Source: an uncultured beta proteobacterium (lineage in GTDB: Bacteria > Pseudomonadota > Gammaproteobacteria > Burkholderiales > Burkholderiaceae_C). Taken from it: a DNA stretch of 49,404 nt. The position numbers and the translations under genes are program-made. The notes under the pieces were generated by a model. That model was not told the origin of the DNA. It made no database searches and saw nothing but the letters and a program-made list of their open reading frames with translations. Shown here piece after piece: positions 30,047-40,493 of the stretch (the stretch's first letter is position 1; each line of letters opens with the position of its first letter). Location of the stretch: contig CAIOUR010000022.1 of the NCBI GenBank assembly GCA_903861575.1, forward strand, positions 1-49,404, read 5' to 3'.

Positions 30047-33000
30047 CTAGTCTCCCTTCGAATAACTAGCCGACCGGAAGTACGCATCTATTGCCGCCTG
30101 CGCGGCGCGTGCATCCGGCACCGGCACACTGATACTTTGGTAATTGCGAATCGTCAGCGCCAGCGGATCCAGCCCTAGACGGGTGAGCAATTGTTTTTGT
30201 CCGTGGGTAATGGTGAATTGCGCCGGGTTACCCGCGCTGGCTGTCAGAAGTCCCAGGTTACGGTGAATCAGCAGGCGGTGGCCTGCGGTGTGCAACCGGT
30301 TGGTCCAGTCTTCTTCGGCGAGCCACTGGCTGTCGTACAACGCTTCGTCCAGCTCGATGCCGCGCACGACGGAGGGCTTACAGGCTAAAAATTTGCCGTC
30401 CAGCACAACCGCGCCGGGCACGCGCGGGCCATCGAAATCGCCAGCCAGGTGGATGTCGACCATGCCCTCACGCACGGGCGAGGGGCGCAATAGGCCCCAG
30501 GCTTTGTAGGCGGGCAAGTCCAGTGTCCAGTCTTTTTGCACCCAGCGCAACGCGCCGCCGCAGCCCACCACGTCGGCGTCTTCCAGAGCACGCGCCAGTT
30601 CGATGAACAAGCCCGGCTGGTAGAGGCGCAGGTGCGGCTGCATGAAAACCAGCATGTCGTGGGTGCTCTCGGCCAAGGCCGCGTTGTAGGCGCCAATGCG
30701 GTCTCGCGGGTCGCAGCGGCGGTATTCGATGTTCCACCCTGTTGGGTGCATGCACTGACTACGGACCTGTTGCTCCAGTGCTTGCAGTTCCGCCTCCAAC
30801 ATACACGGCACCAACACCAAAACGCGCAGCGCGGCAGAGGCCGTCATTCTGATGCCCCAGGCCTCTGCGGGTCGCTTAGAAGTCTGCGCAACGACTCCGC
30901 CTTGCACGGCAGCCGCGAGCAGCCGGGCGTGGCGCGCATGCGTGGCGCTGAGGTGCCCCTGCGCTTTCAAGATGGTTAAGGCACCCAAGGCCGTGTGGAC
31001 GGGTTCGGGGGTTCCCAAATGCAGCGCGATGCTGGCCAGCAAGAGATGCGCTTGGACCGCTGCGCTTGGCTCCAGGTTGTGCAGGTGTTGAACGATGAGG
31101 CTGCGCGCTTGCGTCAGTTCGCCCATGCGCGCCATTTGGCGCGCGCGCAGCACATGGGCTGCGCCACAGTCCGGGTAGTGGCGCAGGCACACGTCGAGAA
31201 TGCGGCGCGAACCGTCCACATGGCCGTGGTACCAGACCAACTCGGCGCGCTCCAGCAAAAGCTGCGCCGGCAGCGGGGCAACGGTTGAGCGATTGACCAA
31301 TGTACCGGCCTGGGCCTGTTGCAACAGGGCCTGGGCCGCGGCCTCGAATTCAGCGGCGAACTGCTTGCCATCGCCCATGCTGCTGCGCTGAAAACGCGCC
31401 CGGGCCTCGCGCCGAAAGGTGACCAGCAAAGCAGGGTCGCGCGCCAACTCTAAGGCGCGGGCTACATACGCTTCATAGCTATCAACCGCCAAACTATCAA
31501 AACCCAGATTGCACACAATGGAACGACCCACGCGGCTGATGAGCGACTGGCCCGACAGCGTGAGCAGCGGCACGCCCGCGTATGCGGAGTAGCACGACGT
31601 GGTGCCGCCGTTGAACGGGTAGGTATCCAAAATCAGGTCGATCTCCTGGTAGCGGGTCCAAAAGTCTTTGGTGGGCTGGGCAGGGCTGAGCGTGATTTGC
31701 GCGCGGTCAATTTGCGCGGCGTCCAGCCGCGCTTCAAACGCGCGGGCGATGGCCGGGTCGGCGAAGCTGCTGGATTGGATGAGCAGGCGCGCAGTGGGCA
31801 AGGCGCGCAAAATGTTCGACCAGCAGTCCACAATCTGCGGCGTGACTTTGGCCAAATTGCCCATGCACGCAAAGGTGATGTAGCCGTTTTTCTCCAGCGG
31901 CGGCGGACCGGCACCAGGCACCTCGGCCATAGGGTCAAAACACCACAGCGCGTTGGGAAGCACCAAGGGATTTTCTGCGTAATAGGCCGATGCCTGGGGG
32001 GTGTGGATATGCGGGTCCATGAACTTGCCGTCCACGGTACGCAAACCGGTGGTGGGCGGGTAAGCCAGGCCGGTGAGCTGCACGGGGGCGAAACGGCGTC
32101 GGAACATGGGCAGACGATTCCCTGCGGTGTGGCCGCTCAGCTCCACCAGCACGTCCAACTGGTGCGAGAGCATGAGGCCTTCCAGCTCCGCGTCGCTGAG
32201 CAGGGCTACATCAAAAAAGTAGTCGGCTGCGGCTTTGAAGGCCTCGGTCTGCACGTCGTAGGGCAGCTCGGCATCGTTTTGGCTGTAGATGAGCACTTCA
32301 AAGCGGGTCTTGTCGTGGTTTTCAATCAGCGGGCGCGAGAAATAGCGCACCGAGTGTTCGCGAAAGTCTGCGCCCCAGTAGGCCAACCGAATCTTGCTGG
32401 TAGGGGCTTTGGCAGGCGGCTGCGGCAGCAGGCGCAGCGCCTTGAGCGTAGCGGAAGGGGGTGGTAAGGCTTGGGCCGGGTCCGGGGTGGGAATAGCGGG
32501 CAAGGTATCGGCCCAAAACTGGTGCTCTTGCGCCAAGCGGGCTTCATCGGTTTCGGCGTATGCCAGGGGAAACAAATAGCTGTGACCGGCAGAGGGGTTG
32601 TCGAACTCCGACAGCCAGCCGCTGAGTAGGAAGTCTTTGGCACGCGCGGCGTCGCCACGGCCCATGGCCAGCGAACCCAGCACGCGGTCAACCGCAGCAT
32701 CAAAACCGGGCTCGTCTTTAATCAAGCCCAGCACGGGCAAGGCCTCTTCGCTGCGGTGCATACCGACCAGCGCATGCGTCAGATCAAGCAGGATGCTTGG
32801 GTTGCGATCATCCAAGCGATGGGCTTCTTGCAACAGCTTCAAATGCGAGGCTTTGTGCAAAAGCCGTTTTTGGCAAAAAGCAAGGCTAAGAATCAGCCCG
32901 AGGTTAGAGGGCTGTTTGGTCAGTAGACGAAAGAGGAGTTGGCTGGCACCCCGGTAGTCAGCCTGCGCCATCAAGGCCTGGACTTTGGCGGTGCGCCCAC

Positions 33001-33130
33001 CCACCGTCCAGGCAAATACCCACGCCCGGGTGGCCACCGCGCGAACGGCAGCGTGGCCCCGTGCGGCCAGCGTCTGCACCACAGGGCTGCGCCCCGCGCG
33101 GGGCTTCACAAGCGCAAGGGGTATATCCAC
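30047..33130 (-). CDS. TPR + GT41 (OGT/SPINDLY-like) + GT2-like multidomain glycosyltransferase
   Basis: IRLAYWGADFREHSV, DVLVELSGHT, APVQLTGLAYPPTTG, LDTYPFNGGTT; C-terminal IGAYNAAL...DMLVF...VVLDGKFLA domain. Start moved to GTG 33130 to avoid the upstream gene. Confidence 0.82.
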   Translation of the reverse strand: MDIPLALVKPRAGRSPVVQTLAARGHAAVRAVATRAWVFAWTVGGRTAKVQALMAQADYRGASQLLFRLLTKQPSNLGLILSLAFCQKRLLHKASHLKLLQEAHRLDDRNPSILLDLTHALVGMHRSEEALPVLGLIKDEPGFDAAVDRVLGSLAMGRGDAARAKDFLLSGWLSEFDNPSAGHSYLFPLAYAETDEARLAQEHQFWADTLPAIPTPDPAQALPPPSATLKALRLLPQPPAKAPTSKIRLAYWGADFREHSVRYFSRPLIENHDKTRFEVLIYSQNDAELPYDVQTEAFKAAADYFFDVALLSDAELEGLMLSHQLDVLVELSGHTAGNRLPMFRRRFAPVQLTGLAYPPTTGLRTVDGKFMDPHIHTPQASAYYAENPLVLPNALWCFDPMAEVPGAGPPPLEKNGYITFACMGNLAKVTPQIVDCWSNILRALPTARLLIQSSSFADPAIARAFEARLDAAQIDRAQITLSPAQPTKDFWTRYQEIDLILDTYPFNGGTTSCYSAYAGVPLLTLSGQSLISRVGRSIVCNLGFDSLAVDSYEAYVARALELARDPALLVTFRREARARFQRSSMGDGKQFAAEFEAAAQALLQQAQAGTLVNRSTVAPLPAQLLLERAELVWYHGHVDGSRRILDVCLRHYPDCGAAHVLRARQMARMGELTQARSLIVQHLHNLEPSAAVQAHLLLASIALHLGTPEPVHTALGALTILKAQGHLSATHARHARLLAAAVQGGVVAQTSKRPAEAWGIRMTASAALRVLVLVPCMLEAELQALEQQVRSQCMHPTGWNIEYRRCDPRDRIGAYNAALAESTHDMLVFMQPHLRLYQPGLFIELARALEDADVVGCGGALRWVQKDWTLDLPAYKAWGLLRPSPVREGMVDIHLAGDFDGPRVPGAVVLDGKFLACKPSVVRGIELDEALYDSQWLAEEDWTNRLHTAGHRLLIHRNLGLLTASAGNPAQFTITHGQKQLLTRLGLDPLALTIRNYQSISVPVPDARAAQAAIDAYFRSASYSKGD

Positions 33131-33134
33131 GGGC

Positions 33135-33455
33135 TCAGGCAGCGGTCTTTGGTGCCGGCTTGGCGCTGATCGCCACCAACAGGCCTTCCGTGGCCATGAC
33201 CACAAAGTCTTGCGGATAAGCCTGCTCTCTGAGCGCCCACTGAAAGGCGTTGGCAAACAGACTGCGGCGCACAAAGCCCATGCGCTGAGCGGCCTGGTAA
33301 GTGCTGGCCTGCAAAAAGGCTTTTTCTAAAACACGGGTGACTTTGTTGACCGACAGTGCCTGGCGATTCTCATGAAGCAGTTTCACCGGAACCTGCGCCG
33401 CAATGGTTTGGGCGATGTCATACGCGTGGGTTTTGTCGTGCTGAAAGTTCAACAT
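33135..33455 (-). CDS. Hypothetical protein in pilin locus
   Basis: 106-aa ORF filling the gap between the pilA terminator and the GT41 gene on the same strand. Confidence 0.65.
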   Translation of the reverse strand: MLNFQHDKTHAYDIAQTIAAQVPVKLLHENRQALSVNKVTRVLEKAFLQASTYQAAQRMGFVRRSLFANAFQWALREQAYPQDFVVMATEGLLVAISAKPAPKTAA

Positions 33456-33480
33456 GGGCGGCAGGCGTTGCGAGTGGAAG

Positions 33481-33506
33481 AAAAAACCCCTTGATAAAGG
33501 GGTTTT
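33481..33506 (-). terminator. Rho-independent terminator downstream of pilA
   Basis: Inverted repeat AAAACCCCTT-gata-AAGGGGTTTT (33483-33506) with a U-tract on the minus strand. Confidence 0.85.
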
Positions 33507-33528
33507 CTAAGTCGGAAATAAGTCGCGC

Positions 33529-33957
33529 TTAAGTGCGGCAACCAGCTGGGAAATACTTGTTGTCAGTTCCAGTGCAAGTCCAGAGCAAATTACCGCCGGT
33601 GCCGCTAACGTCGTTGTAGTTGTTGCTAAGGCTTGCACTGACGCCCGCGCCAATCGATGCCGCACCACCCACCACTGAAACACCAGTAACTAACGGCTGG
33701 ATTTCTGGGAAAAGCGTGTTGGAAGCTATAGAGCACAGGGTGCTAATGAGACTATTGACCATCGCAGTTGAGTTGCTGGTGTACTGCTCGCTGATGCAGC
33801 TTTTGATGTTGTCCAGCGAAGACACCAGCTGCGTGACCTTGGCCTTGATGGTGTAGGTTTGGTACTGCGGCAACGCGACGGATGCCAAGATGCCGATGAT
33901 GGCCACCACAATCATCAGTTCGATCAGGGTAAAACCCTTTTGGATACTGCGTTTCAT
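33529..33957 (-). CDS. pilA: Type IVa major pilin
   Basis: [35 protein letters not shown] class III signal; C-terminal disulfide loop WTC...FPAGC; SD AGGAG. Confidence 0.95.
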   Translation of the reverse strand: MKRSIQKGFTLIELMIVVAIIGILASVALPQYQTYTIKAKVTQLVSSLDNIKSCISEQYTSNSTAMVNSLISTLCSIASNTLFPEIQPLVTGVSVVGGAASIGAGVSASLSNNYNDVSGTGGNLLWTCTGTDNKYFPAGCRT

Positions 33958-34180
33958 AAAAACTCCTGTTGAAAATGAAATAGAAAAATTGAATCGCGCA
34001 CCCGCAGATTGCGCCTGACTGCCTATCAAACTGTTATTTCCAGGGGGCGCAAAACAACAACTTGAGTTGTGCACTGTACGCAGGTGGGCCTCTCAAAACC
34101 TCCCCCGTTCGGGGGAATTCCAGGCGATATTTCTTAGAAATTGCGTGATCTCTATGGACCACCAGGAGACGCGGAAACGC

Positions 34181-34891
34181 TTAGTCGCGAGGGCCGGTTG
34201 ATGCCGCTTGCCCGGCGGGTACGCCGCCACGACGTGCCAGGAGCTTGCCAACACCCAGAACCAGCGCAGCGCCGAGCACGGGGCCGGCGTAGTGCAGCCA
34301 GTGCGCACCCTCAACCGTGCTCACAAGGATGTTGTCGCTGATGATGGTCTCGCCCCCGACCCAGCCGATCAAGGCCGCGCCGAAGGTGACGACAACAGGG
34401 TAGCGCTCCATCAGGCGGATCATCAGCGTGCTGCCGAAAATCACCAGAGGGATGCTGATGCCCAGGCCCAAAACAAGCAAGACCATGCTGCCTTTTGCGG
34501 CAGCAGCCACAGCGATGACGTTATCCAGACTCATGACCAGATCGGCAACGAGGATGGTGCGAACAGCCCCCATCAGCGAGCCGTGTTCTTTGCTCTCGCC
34601 CGCGCCTTCATCGCCATCGCCGAGCAGCTGGGTGCCGATCCACAGCAGCAACAAGCCGCCCACAATTTGTAAGTACGGCAAGGCCAGCAACTGGACCGCC
34701 ACCACAGTCAGGCCGATGCGCAAAACTACCGCAGCGCCGGAACCGAAGAGCACGGCTTTTTTCTGCTGCGTGGGAGGAAGACCGCGCGCGGCCAAGGCGA
34801 TGACCACGGCGTTATCACCCGAGAGGATGATGTTGATCCAAACGATTTTGAGCAAGCCCACCCAAAAGATGGGGTCTTGCAAAAACTCCAT
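34181..34891 (-). CDS. TerC/YjbE-family membrane protein
   Basis: INIILSGDNAVVIALAARGLP and ADLVMSLDNVIAVAAAA. Confidence 0.92.
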   Translation of the reverse strand: MEFLQDPIFWVGLLKIVWINIILSGDNAVVIALAARGLPPTQQKKAVLFGSGAAVVLRIGLTVVAVQLLALPYLQIVGGLLLLWIGTQLLGDGDEGAGESKEHGSLMGAVRTILVADLVMSLDNVIAVAAAAKGSMVLLVLGLGISIPLVIFGSTLMIRLMERYPVVVTFGAALIGWVGGETIISDNILVSTVEGAHWLHYAGPVLGAALVLGVGKLLARRGGVPAGQAASTGPRD

Positions 34892-34915
34892 AGCGCCAGG
34901 TACTAAAGAGCGGGC

Positions 34916-35809
34916 TTAAAGCATGGCCTTAAGCAACTTGCCCATCTCAGAAGGATTGCGGGTGATTTTGAAACCGCACTCCTCCATCACCGCCAACTTG
35001 GCGTCAGCAGTGTCCGCGCCGCCGCTGATGAGCGCGCCGGCGTGGCCCATGCGTTTGCCCGCAGGTGCGGTGACGCCCGCGATGAAGCCGACGATGGGCT
35101 TTTTCATATTGAGCTTGCACCAGCGGGCGGCTTCGGCCTCGTCGGGGCCACCGATCTCGCCGATCATGATGACGGCGTCGGTGTCCGGGTCGTCATTGAA
35201 AGCGCGCATGACGTCGATGTGCTTCAAACCATTGATCGGGTCGCCACCAATGCCAACCGCGCTGGATTGGCCCAAACCGATTTCGGTGAGTTGCGCCACG
35301 GCTTCGTAGGTGAGCGTGCCCGAGCGGCTGACCACGCCGATGCGGCCTTTGCGATGGATGTGGCCGGGCATGATGCCGATCTTGATTTCGTCGGGGGTAA
35401 TCAGGCCGGGGCAGTTGGGTCCGAGCAGCAGGGTTTTCTTGCCACCGGCAGCTTCTTTGGCGCGCATTTTGTTGCGTACTTCGAGCATGTCTTTGACCGG
35501 GATGCCTTCGGTAATACAGATGGCCAGGTCCAGGTCGGCCTCGACCGCTTCCCAGATGGCAGCCGCCGCACCGGGGGGCGGCACATAAATCACCGAGACG
35601 GTTGCGCCAGTAGCAGAAGCGGCTTCTTTGACAGAGGCGTAAATCGGGATATTGAAAACCGACTCACCGGCTTTCTTGGGGTTCACGCCGGCGACAAAGC
35701 AGGCTTTGCCGTTGGCGTATTCCTGGCATTTCTCGGTGTGGAATGCGCCGGTTTTGCCGGTGATGCCCTGGGTGATGACGCGGGTGTCTTTGTTGATGAA
35801 GATCGACAT
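34916..35809 (-). CDS. sucD: Succinyl-CoA ligase alpha subunit
   Basis: MSIFINKDTRVITQGITG, GPNCPG, SRSGTLTYE, RMGHAGA. Start moved to ATG 35809. Confidence 0.98.
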   Translation of the reverse strand: MSIFINKDTRVITQGITGKTGAFHTEKCQEYANGKACFVAGVNPKKAGESVFNIPIYASVKEAASATGATVSVIYVPPPGAAAAIWEAVEADLDLAICITEGIPVKDMLEVRNKMRAKEAAGGKKTLLLGPNCPGLITPDEIKIGIMPGHIHRKGRIGVVSRSGTLTYEAVAQLTEIGLGQSSAVGIGGDPINGLKHIDVMRAFNDDPDTDAVIMIGEIGGPDEAEAARWCKLNMKKPIVGFIAGVTAPAGKRMGHAGALISGGADTADAKLAVMEECGFKITRNPSEMGKLLKAML

Positions 35810-35853
35810 GGCGGTTTCTTTCTGACGGTGGCGTGGGCTAAAGACGTGGGGCT

Positions 35854-37023
35854 TCAGGCGTGGGCTTTGACAGCGGCCACCACGCGTTGGGCGGCTTCGG
35901 CCATGGTGTCGGCGCTGATGATGGGCAGGCCCGAATCGGCCAGCATCTTTTTGCCGATGTCTTCGTTGGTACCCTTCATGCGCACCACCAGCGGCACGCT
36001 GAGGTTGACCGCTTTGCAGGCGACGATGATGCCGGTGGCGATGGTGTCGCACTTCATGATGCCACCGAAGATGTTGACCAGAATGGCTTTGACCTTGGGG
36101 TTTTTGAGCATGATCTTGAAGGCCTCGGTAACCTTCTCAGGCGTTGCGCCGCCGCCTACGTCGAGAAAGTTGGCGGGCTCTGCGCCGAACAGTTTGATGG
36201 TGTCCATGGTCGCCATAGCCAGGCCGGCGCCGTTGACCAGGCAGCCGATGTCACCGTCCAGGCTAATGTAGGCCAGGTCAAACTTGCTGGCTTCGATTTC
36301 GGCAGCGTCTTCTTCGTCGAGGTCGCGGAAGGCAACGATGTCGGGGTGGCGGTACAGGGCGTTGGCGTCAAAGTTGAACTTGGCGTCCAGGGCTTTGATG
36401 TTGCCGTTGCCTTCCAAAATCAGCGGGTTGATCTCGACCAGGCTGGCGTCTGTATCCATATAAACGCGGTAGACCTTTTGCAAGACATCCACGGCCTTGG
36501 CGGTGGAGCCAGCAGGCACGCCAATGGCGTCGGCCAGCTTTTTGGCTTGCGCGTCGGTCAAGCCCAGGGCCGGGTCGACAATTTCGGTGATGATTTTTTC
36601 CGGCGTGTCATGCGCCACGCCTTCAATGTCCATGCCGCCCTCCGACGAAGCAATCATGGCCACGCGCTGGCTGGCGCGGTCGGTAACCGCCGATACGTAG
36701 TATTCCTTTTGGATGTCCGCGCCGTCTTCGATCAGCAAGCGGCGCACTTTCTGCCCCAGGGGGCCGGTCTGGTGGGTGACGAGCTGCATGCCCAGAATCT
36801 CAGAAGCGAGTTGCTTGACTTCGTCCAGCGAGCGGGCCAGCTTGACGCCGCCGCCTTTGCCGCGTCCGCCCGCATGGATTTGCGCTTTAACCACCCAAAC
36901 CGGGCCGCCCAGTTTCTGGGCTGCTTCAACCGCTTCCTGCACGGTAAACGCGGGAATGCCGTTGGGCACAGGAATGCCGGCATTGCGCAAGATTTCCTTG
37001 CCTTGGTACTCGTGGATTTTCAT
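35854..37023 (-). CDS. sucC: Succinyl-CoA ligase beta subunit
   Basis: [41 protein letters not shown]. Confidence 0.98.
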   Translation of the reverse strand: MKIHEYQGKEILRNAGIPVPNGIPAFTVQEAVEAAQKLGGPVWVVKAQIHAGGRGKGGGVKLARSLDEVKQLASEILGMQLVTHQTGPLGQKVRRLLIEDGADIQKEYYVSAVTDRASQRVAMIASSEGGMDIEGVAHDTPEKIITEIVDPALGLTDAQAKKLADAIGVPAGSTAKAVDVLQKVYRVYMDTDASLVEINPLILEGNGNIKALDAKFNFDANALYRHPDIVAFRDLDEEDAAEIEASKFDLAYISLDGDIGCLVNGAGLAMATMDTIKLFGAEPANFLDVGGGATPEKVTEAFKIMLKNPKVKAILVNIFGGIMKCDTIATGIIVACKAVNLSVPLVVRMKGTNEDIGKKMLADSGLPIISADTMAEAAQRVVAAVKAHA

Positions 37024-37199
37024 GCTGTTCTCGCTTCTGATGCAGGGGGAAACGCACAGGCGGGGCTGCGCTAGGCGATGGGCGGGCAGACCGCCGCAAA
37101 ACCGGCGAACTGTATCATGGTGCAGCGCACAAACCCTTGTCCAAACTTACAGCCCAAACGCGCCTGCGCAAGGCCTGCGCGGGCATACCCGGAGCCCTG

Positions 37200-38120
37200 A
37201 TGCACACCGTATTTATTGATGGCGAAGCCGGCACCACGGGCTTGCAAATCCGCCAGCGTCTGCAAGACATGGCGCAGATTGAACTGCTGGCGATTGACCC
37301 GGCACTGCGCAAAGACCCGCAGGCCAAACGCGCATTGCTGGCGCGCGCCGATGTGGTCATTTTGTGTCTGCACGACGACGCGGCCCGCGAGACCGTGGCC
37401 ATGGCCGATACGCTACTGGCAGAGACCAGCCGTGGGCCGCGCATTGTCGACGCCTCCACCGCGCACCGCACCCACCCGGACTGGGTTTACGGGTTCCCCG
37501 AGCTGTGCGCCGGCCAAAGCGCAGCCATCGCCAGCGCAACGCGCGTCTCTAACCCCGGTTGCTATGCCACCGGGGCGATTGCGCTCTTGCGCCCCCTAGT
37601 TGACGCCGGGTTCATCGGCCCCGATACGCCGGTGTGCCTGCCCAGCGTCAGCGGCTACTCGGGCGGCGGGCGCAGCATGATGGAGGCGTATGAAGCGGGA
37701 ACGGCTGCGCCCCTGGAGCTGTACGCACTGGGTCTTTCGCACAAGCATGTGCCCGAAATCATGCGCTACACCGGCCTGACCCGGCGTCCGCTGTTTGTTC
37801 CCATGGTGGCCAATTTCGCGCAAGGCATGCTGGTGCAGTTGCCGCTGCACCTGGACAGCCTGCCTGGCGCGCCCACGGCGCAGGCGCTGCACGACGCGCT
37901 GCACGCGCATTACGCAGGCAGCGCGTGGGTGCGGGTGGAGCCACCGACCGCCGACCTCAAACTGGACGCCGTGGCGTTGGCCAACACCAATGTGATGGAG
38001 TTGCGGGTGTTTGCCAACCAGGCCGCCGGGCACGCGCTGCTGGTGGCGCGGCTGGACAACCTGGGCAAAGGCGCCAGCGGCGCTGCGGTACAGAATTTGC
38101 AGCTGATGCTGGGCTTGTAA
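37200..38120 (+). CDS. argC: N-acetyl-gamma-glutamyl-phosphate reductase (type 2)
   Basis: [46 protein letters not shown]. Confidence 0.96.
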   Translation: MHTVFIDGEAGTTGLQIRQRLQDMAQIELLAIDPALRKDPQAKRALLARADVVILCLHDDAARETVAMADTLLAETSRGPRIVDASTAHRTHPDWVYGFPELCAGQSAAIASATRVSNPGCYATGAIALLRPLVDAGFIGPDTPVCLPSVSGYSGGGRSMMEAYEAGTAAPLELYALGLSHKHVPEIMRYTGLTRRPLFVPMVANFAQGMLVQLPLHLDSLPGAPTAQALHDALHAHYAGSAWVRVEPPTADLKLDAVALANTNVMELRVFANQAAGHALLVARLDNLGKGASGAAVQNLQLMLGL

Positions 38121-38153
38121 GCGCCATTCCGTAATCCCTTGGAAAGACACGCC

Positions 38154-39515
38154 ATGCCGATAGCCCTTGAATCGTTCACCCTGCGGGAGATGCACGCCGC
38201 TTATAGCGAGGGGCGCTTGGACCCGGTTGCCGTGGCACAGCACTGTCTGGCGCTGGCTGGGGCCGCCGAGCCGGGGCTTTTCACCTGCCTGTTAGAGGCA
38301 CGCGCGTTGGTTGAGGCGCAGGCCAGCCGTGCGCGCTGGCAGGCTGGCCAGCCGCTGGGCCCGCTGGACGGCGTTCCGGTGGTGTGGAAAGACCTGTTTG
38401 ATGTGGCGGGCACGCCCACCACGGCTGCCTCTGCGCTGCGCCGCAACGCCCCGCCAGCGGAGCAGGACGCTGCCACGGTGTCGGCGCTGGCTGCGGCAGG
38501 CGCGGTGAGCATCGGCAAGACCGGTTTAACCGAATTCGCCTACTCCGGCTTGGGGCTGAACCCGCATTTCGGTACGCCACGCAACCGCCGCAGCAGGGAC
38601 GGACACCGTTCGCCCGGCGGCTCGTCCAGCGGCTCAGCGGTGGCGGTGGATGCGGGCATGGCGCTGATCGGCATGGGCACGGATACGGGTGGTTCGATAC
38701 GCATACCGGCAGCGTTCAACGGCTTGGTGGGTTTCAAGCCCTCCATTGGCCGCTTGGATTCCCGGGGCGTGTTCCCCTTGTCGGCGACGCTGGACGTGAT
38801 CGGCCCTATCGCCAAGACGGTCCAAGACTGCGCGTGGACGTACCGCGCGCTGCGGGGCGCTGCGGCTTCAGAGCTGCAAATACCGCCGTCCAATGCCTTG
38901 CGTGTGGTAGTGCCAAGCAACGTGGTGCTGGATGAGGCACAGCCGGAAGTGCTGGCGCGTTTTGAGGCGGTGCTGGCGCGGCTGCGCGCCGCCGGAGCGC
39001 AGGTGCAGCACATACACATACCCGCCTTTGATGTACTGCAAGCACTGAACGCGCAGCACGGCACCATTCCCGCCGCCGAGGCCTATGTGCTGCACCGCGC
39101 AATCGTGGACGGGCCGGATGCAGCACGACTGGACCCAAGGGTGCTGGCGCGAATCCAGCGCGGGGCCACCATGATGGCGAGCGATCTGGTGATCTTGCAA
39201 CAGGCGCGTACGCAGCTGATGGCCCAAACGCGGGCACTGGTAGGCGATGCCTGGCTGCTGTTCCCCACGGTGGTGCACGTTGCACCCTTGGTCGCACCAT
39301 TAGACGCCGACCACGCTGTGTTCAACCAGACCAATGTACGGACCCTGCGCAACACCGCGCTGCTCAATGTGCTCGACTGGTGCGGCGTAAGCCTTCCCAT
39401 GGGACGCGGCGAGGCCGATATGCCGCTGGGCGTATTGATCAGCGGCCCGGCGGGCACGGAGGATGCTTTGCTGCCGGTGGCCGCTGCGCTGGAACATCTG
39501 TTGGCGCAGGGCTGA
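38154..39515 (+). CDS. Amidase-signature family enzyme
   Basis: PLDGVPVVWKDLFD, PGGSSSGSAVAV, GTDTGGSIRIPAAFNG (Lys-cisSer-Ser triad). Confidence 0.93.
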   Translation: MPIALESFTLREMHAAYSEGRLDPVAVAQHCLALAGAAEPGLFTCLLEARALVEAQASRARWQAGQPLGPLDGVPVVWKDLFDVAGTPTTAASALRRNAPPAEQDAATVSALAAAGAVSIGKTGLTEFAYSGLGLNPHFGTPRNRRSRDGHRSPGGSSSGSAVAVDAGMALIGMGTDTGGSIRIPAAFNGLVGFKPSIGRLDSRGVFPLSATLDVIGPIAKTVQDCAWTYRALRGAAASELQIPPSNALRVVVPSNVVLDEAQPEVLARFEAVLARLRAAGAQVQHIHIPAFDVLQALNAQHGTIPAAEAYVLHRAIVDGPDAARLDPRVLARIQRGATMMASDLVILQQARTQLMAQTRALVGDAWLLFPTVVHVAPLVAPLDADHAVFNQTNVRTLRNTALLNVLDWCGVSLPMGRGEADMPLGVLISGPAGTEDALLPVAAALEHLLAQG

Positions 39516-39590
39516 GGGAGCGCGCCGACGGTTTTTTGCTGCGCGGCTGCGCTCCATCCTTTGCATCAAACCCTGGATGGAGACCCGTGT

Positions 39591-40472
39591 ATGGCAAAAG
39601 AGATTTTGTGCGGCTTTGGCGTGGATGTGGACGCAGTGGCCGGTTGGCTGGGCAGCTACGGTGGCGAGGATTCGCCCGATGACATTTCACGCGGCCTGTT
39701 TGCCGGCGAAGTGGGCTCCCCCCGCTTGCTCAAATTGTTTGAGCGCATGGGGATCAAGTCCACCTGGTTTATCCCCGGCCATTCGATTGAGACCTTTCCC
39801 AGCCAGATGAAGGCGGTGGCCGACGCAGGCCACGAAATCGGCATCCACGGCTACACCCACGAAAACCCGATTGCGATGACGCCAGCGCAAGAAGAGGCCG
39901 TGCTGGACAAATGCATTGGCTTGGTGGAGCAACTCTGCGGCAAACGGCCCACCGGCTATGTGGCCCCCTGGTGGGAGTTCTCCAACGTGACCAACGAGTT
40001 GCTGGTAAAGAAGGGCATCAAGTACGACCACTCGCTGATGCACAACGACTTCACGCCCTATTACGTTCGCGTTGGGGATCAGTGGACCCGCATCGACTAC
40101 GGCAAGCAGCCCAAAGAGTGGATGGTTCCCCTGCAACGCGGAACCGAGACCGGGCTGATCGAGATTCCGGCGAACTGGTACCTCGACGACCTGCCGCCCA
40201 TGATGTTCATCAAGAAGTCGCCCAACAGCCACGGCTTTGTGAACCCGCGTGACATCGAACAAATGTGGCGCGACCAATTCGACTGGGTCTACCGGGAAAT
40301 GGATTACGCGGTTTTCCCCATCACCATCCACCCCGATGTAGCTGGGCGACCACAAGTGCTGCTGATGTTGGAGCGGCTGTTTGCGTATATGCGATCGCAT
40401 CCTGGCGTGCGCTTTGTGACCATGGATGCGATGGCCGATGACTTCGCTGCGCGCTTTCCACGCGCAAAGTAG
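39591..40472 (+). CDS. CE4/NodB-family deacetylase (Helicobacter PgdA/PuuE-like subgroup)
   Basis: [50 protein letters not shown]; no signal peptide. Confidence 0.9.
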   Translation: MAKEILCGFGVDVDAVAGWLGSYGGEDSPDDISRGLFAGEVGSPRLLKLFERMGIKSTWFIPGHSIETFPSQMKAVADAGHEIGIHGYTHENPIAMTPAQEEAVLDKCIGLVEQLCGKRPTGYVAPWWEFSNVTNELLVKKGIKYDHSLMHNDFTPYYVRVGDQWTRIDYGKQPKEWMVPLQRGTETGLIEIPANWYLDDLPPMMFIKKSPNSHGFVNPRDIEQMWRDQFDWVYREMDYAVFPITIHPDVAGRPQVLLMLERLFAYMRSHPGVRFVTMDAMADDFAARFPRAK

Positions 40473-40493
40473 TAGCGCTGCCCGGCTGTATCC

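Noticed and set aside
33958-34140. Sigma54 promoter for pilA
   Set aside because: No convincing GG-N10-GC / TGGCAC-N5-TTGC match found on the minus strand.
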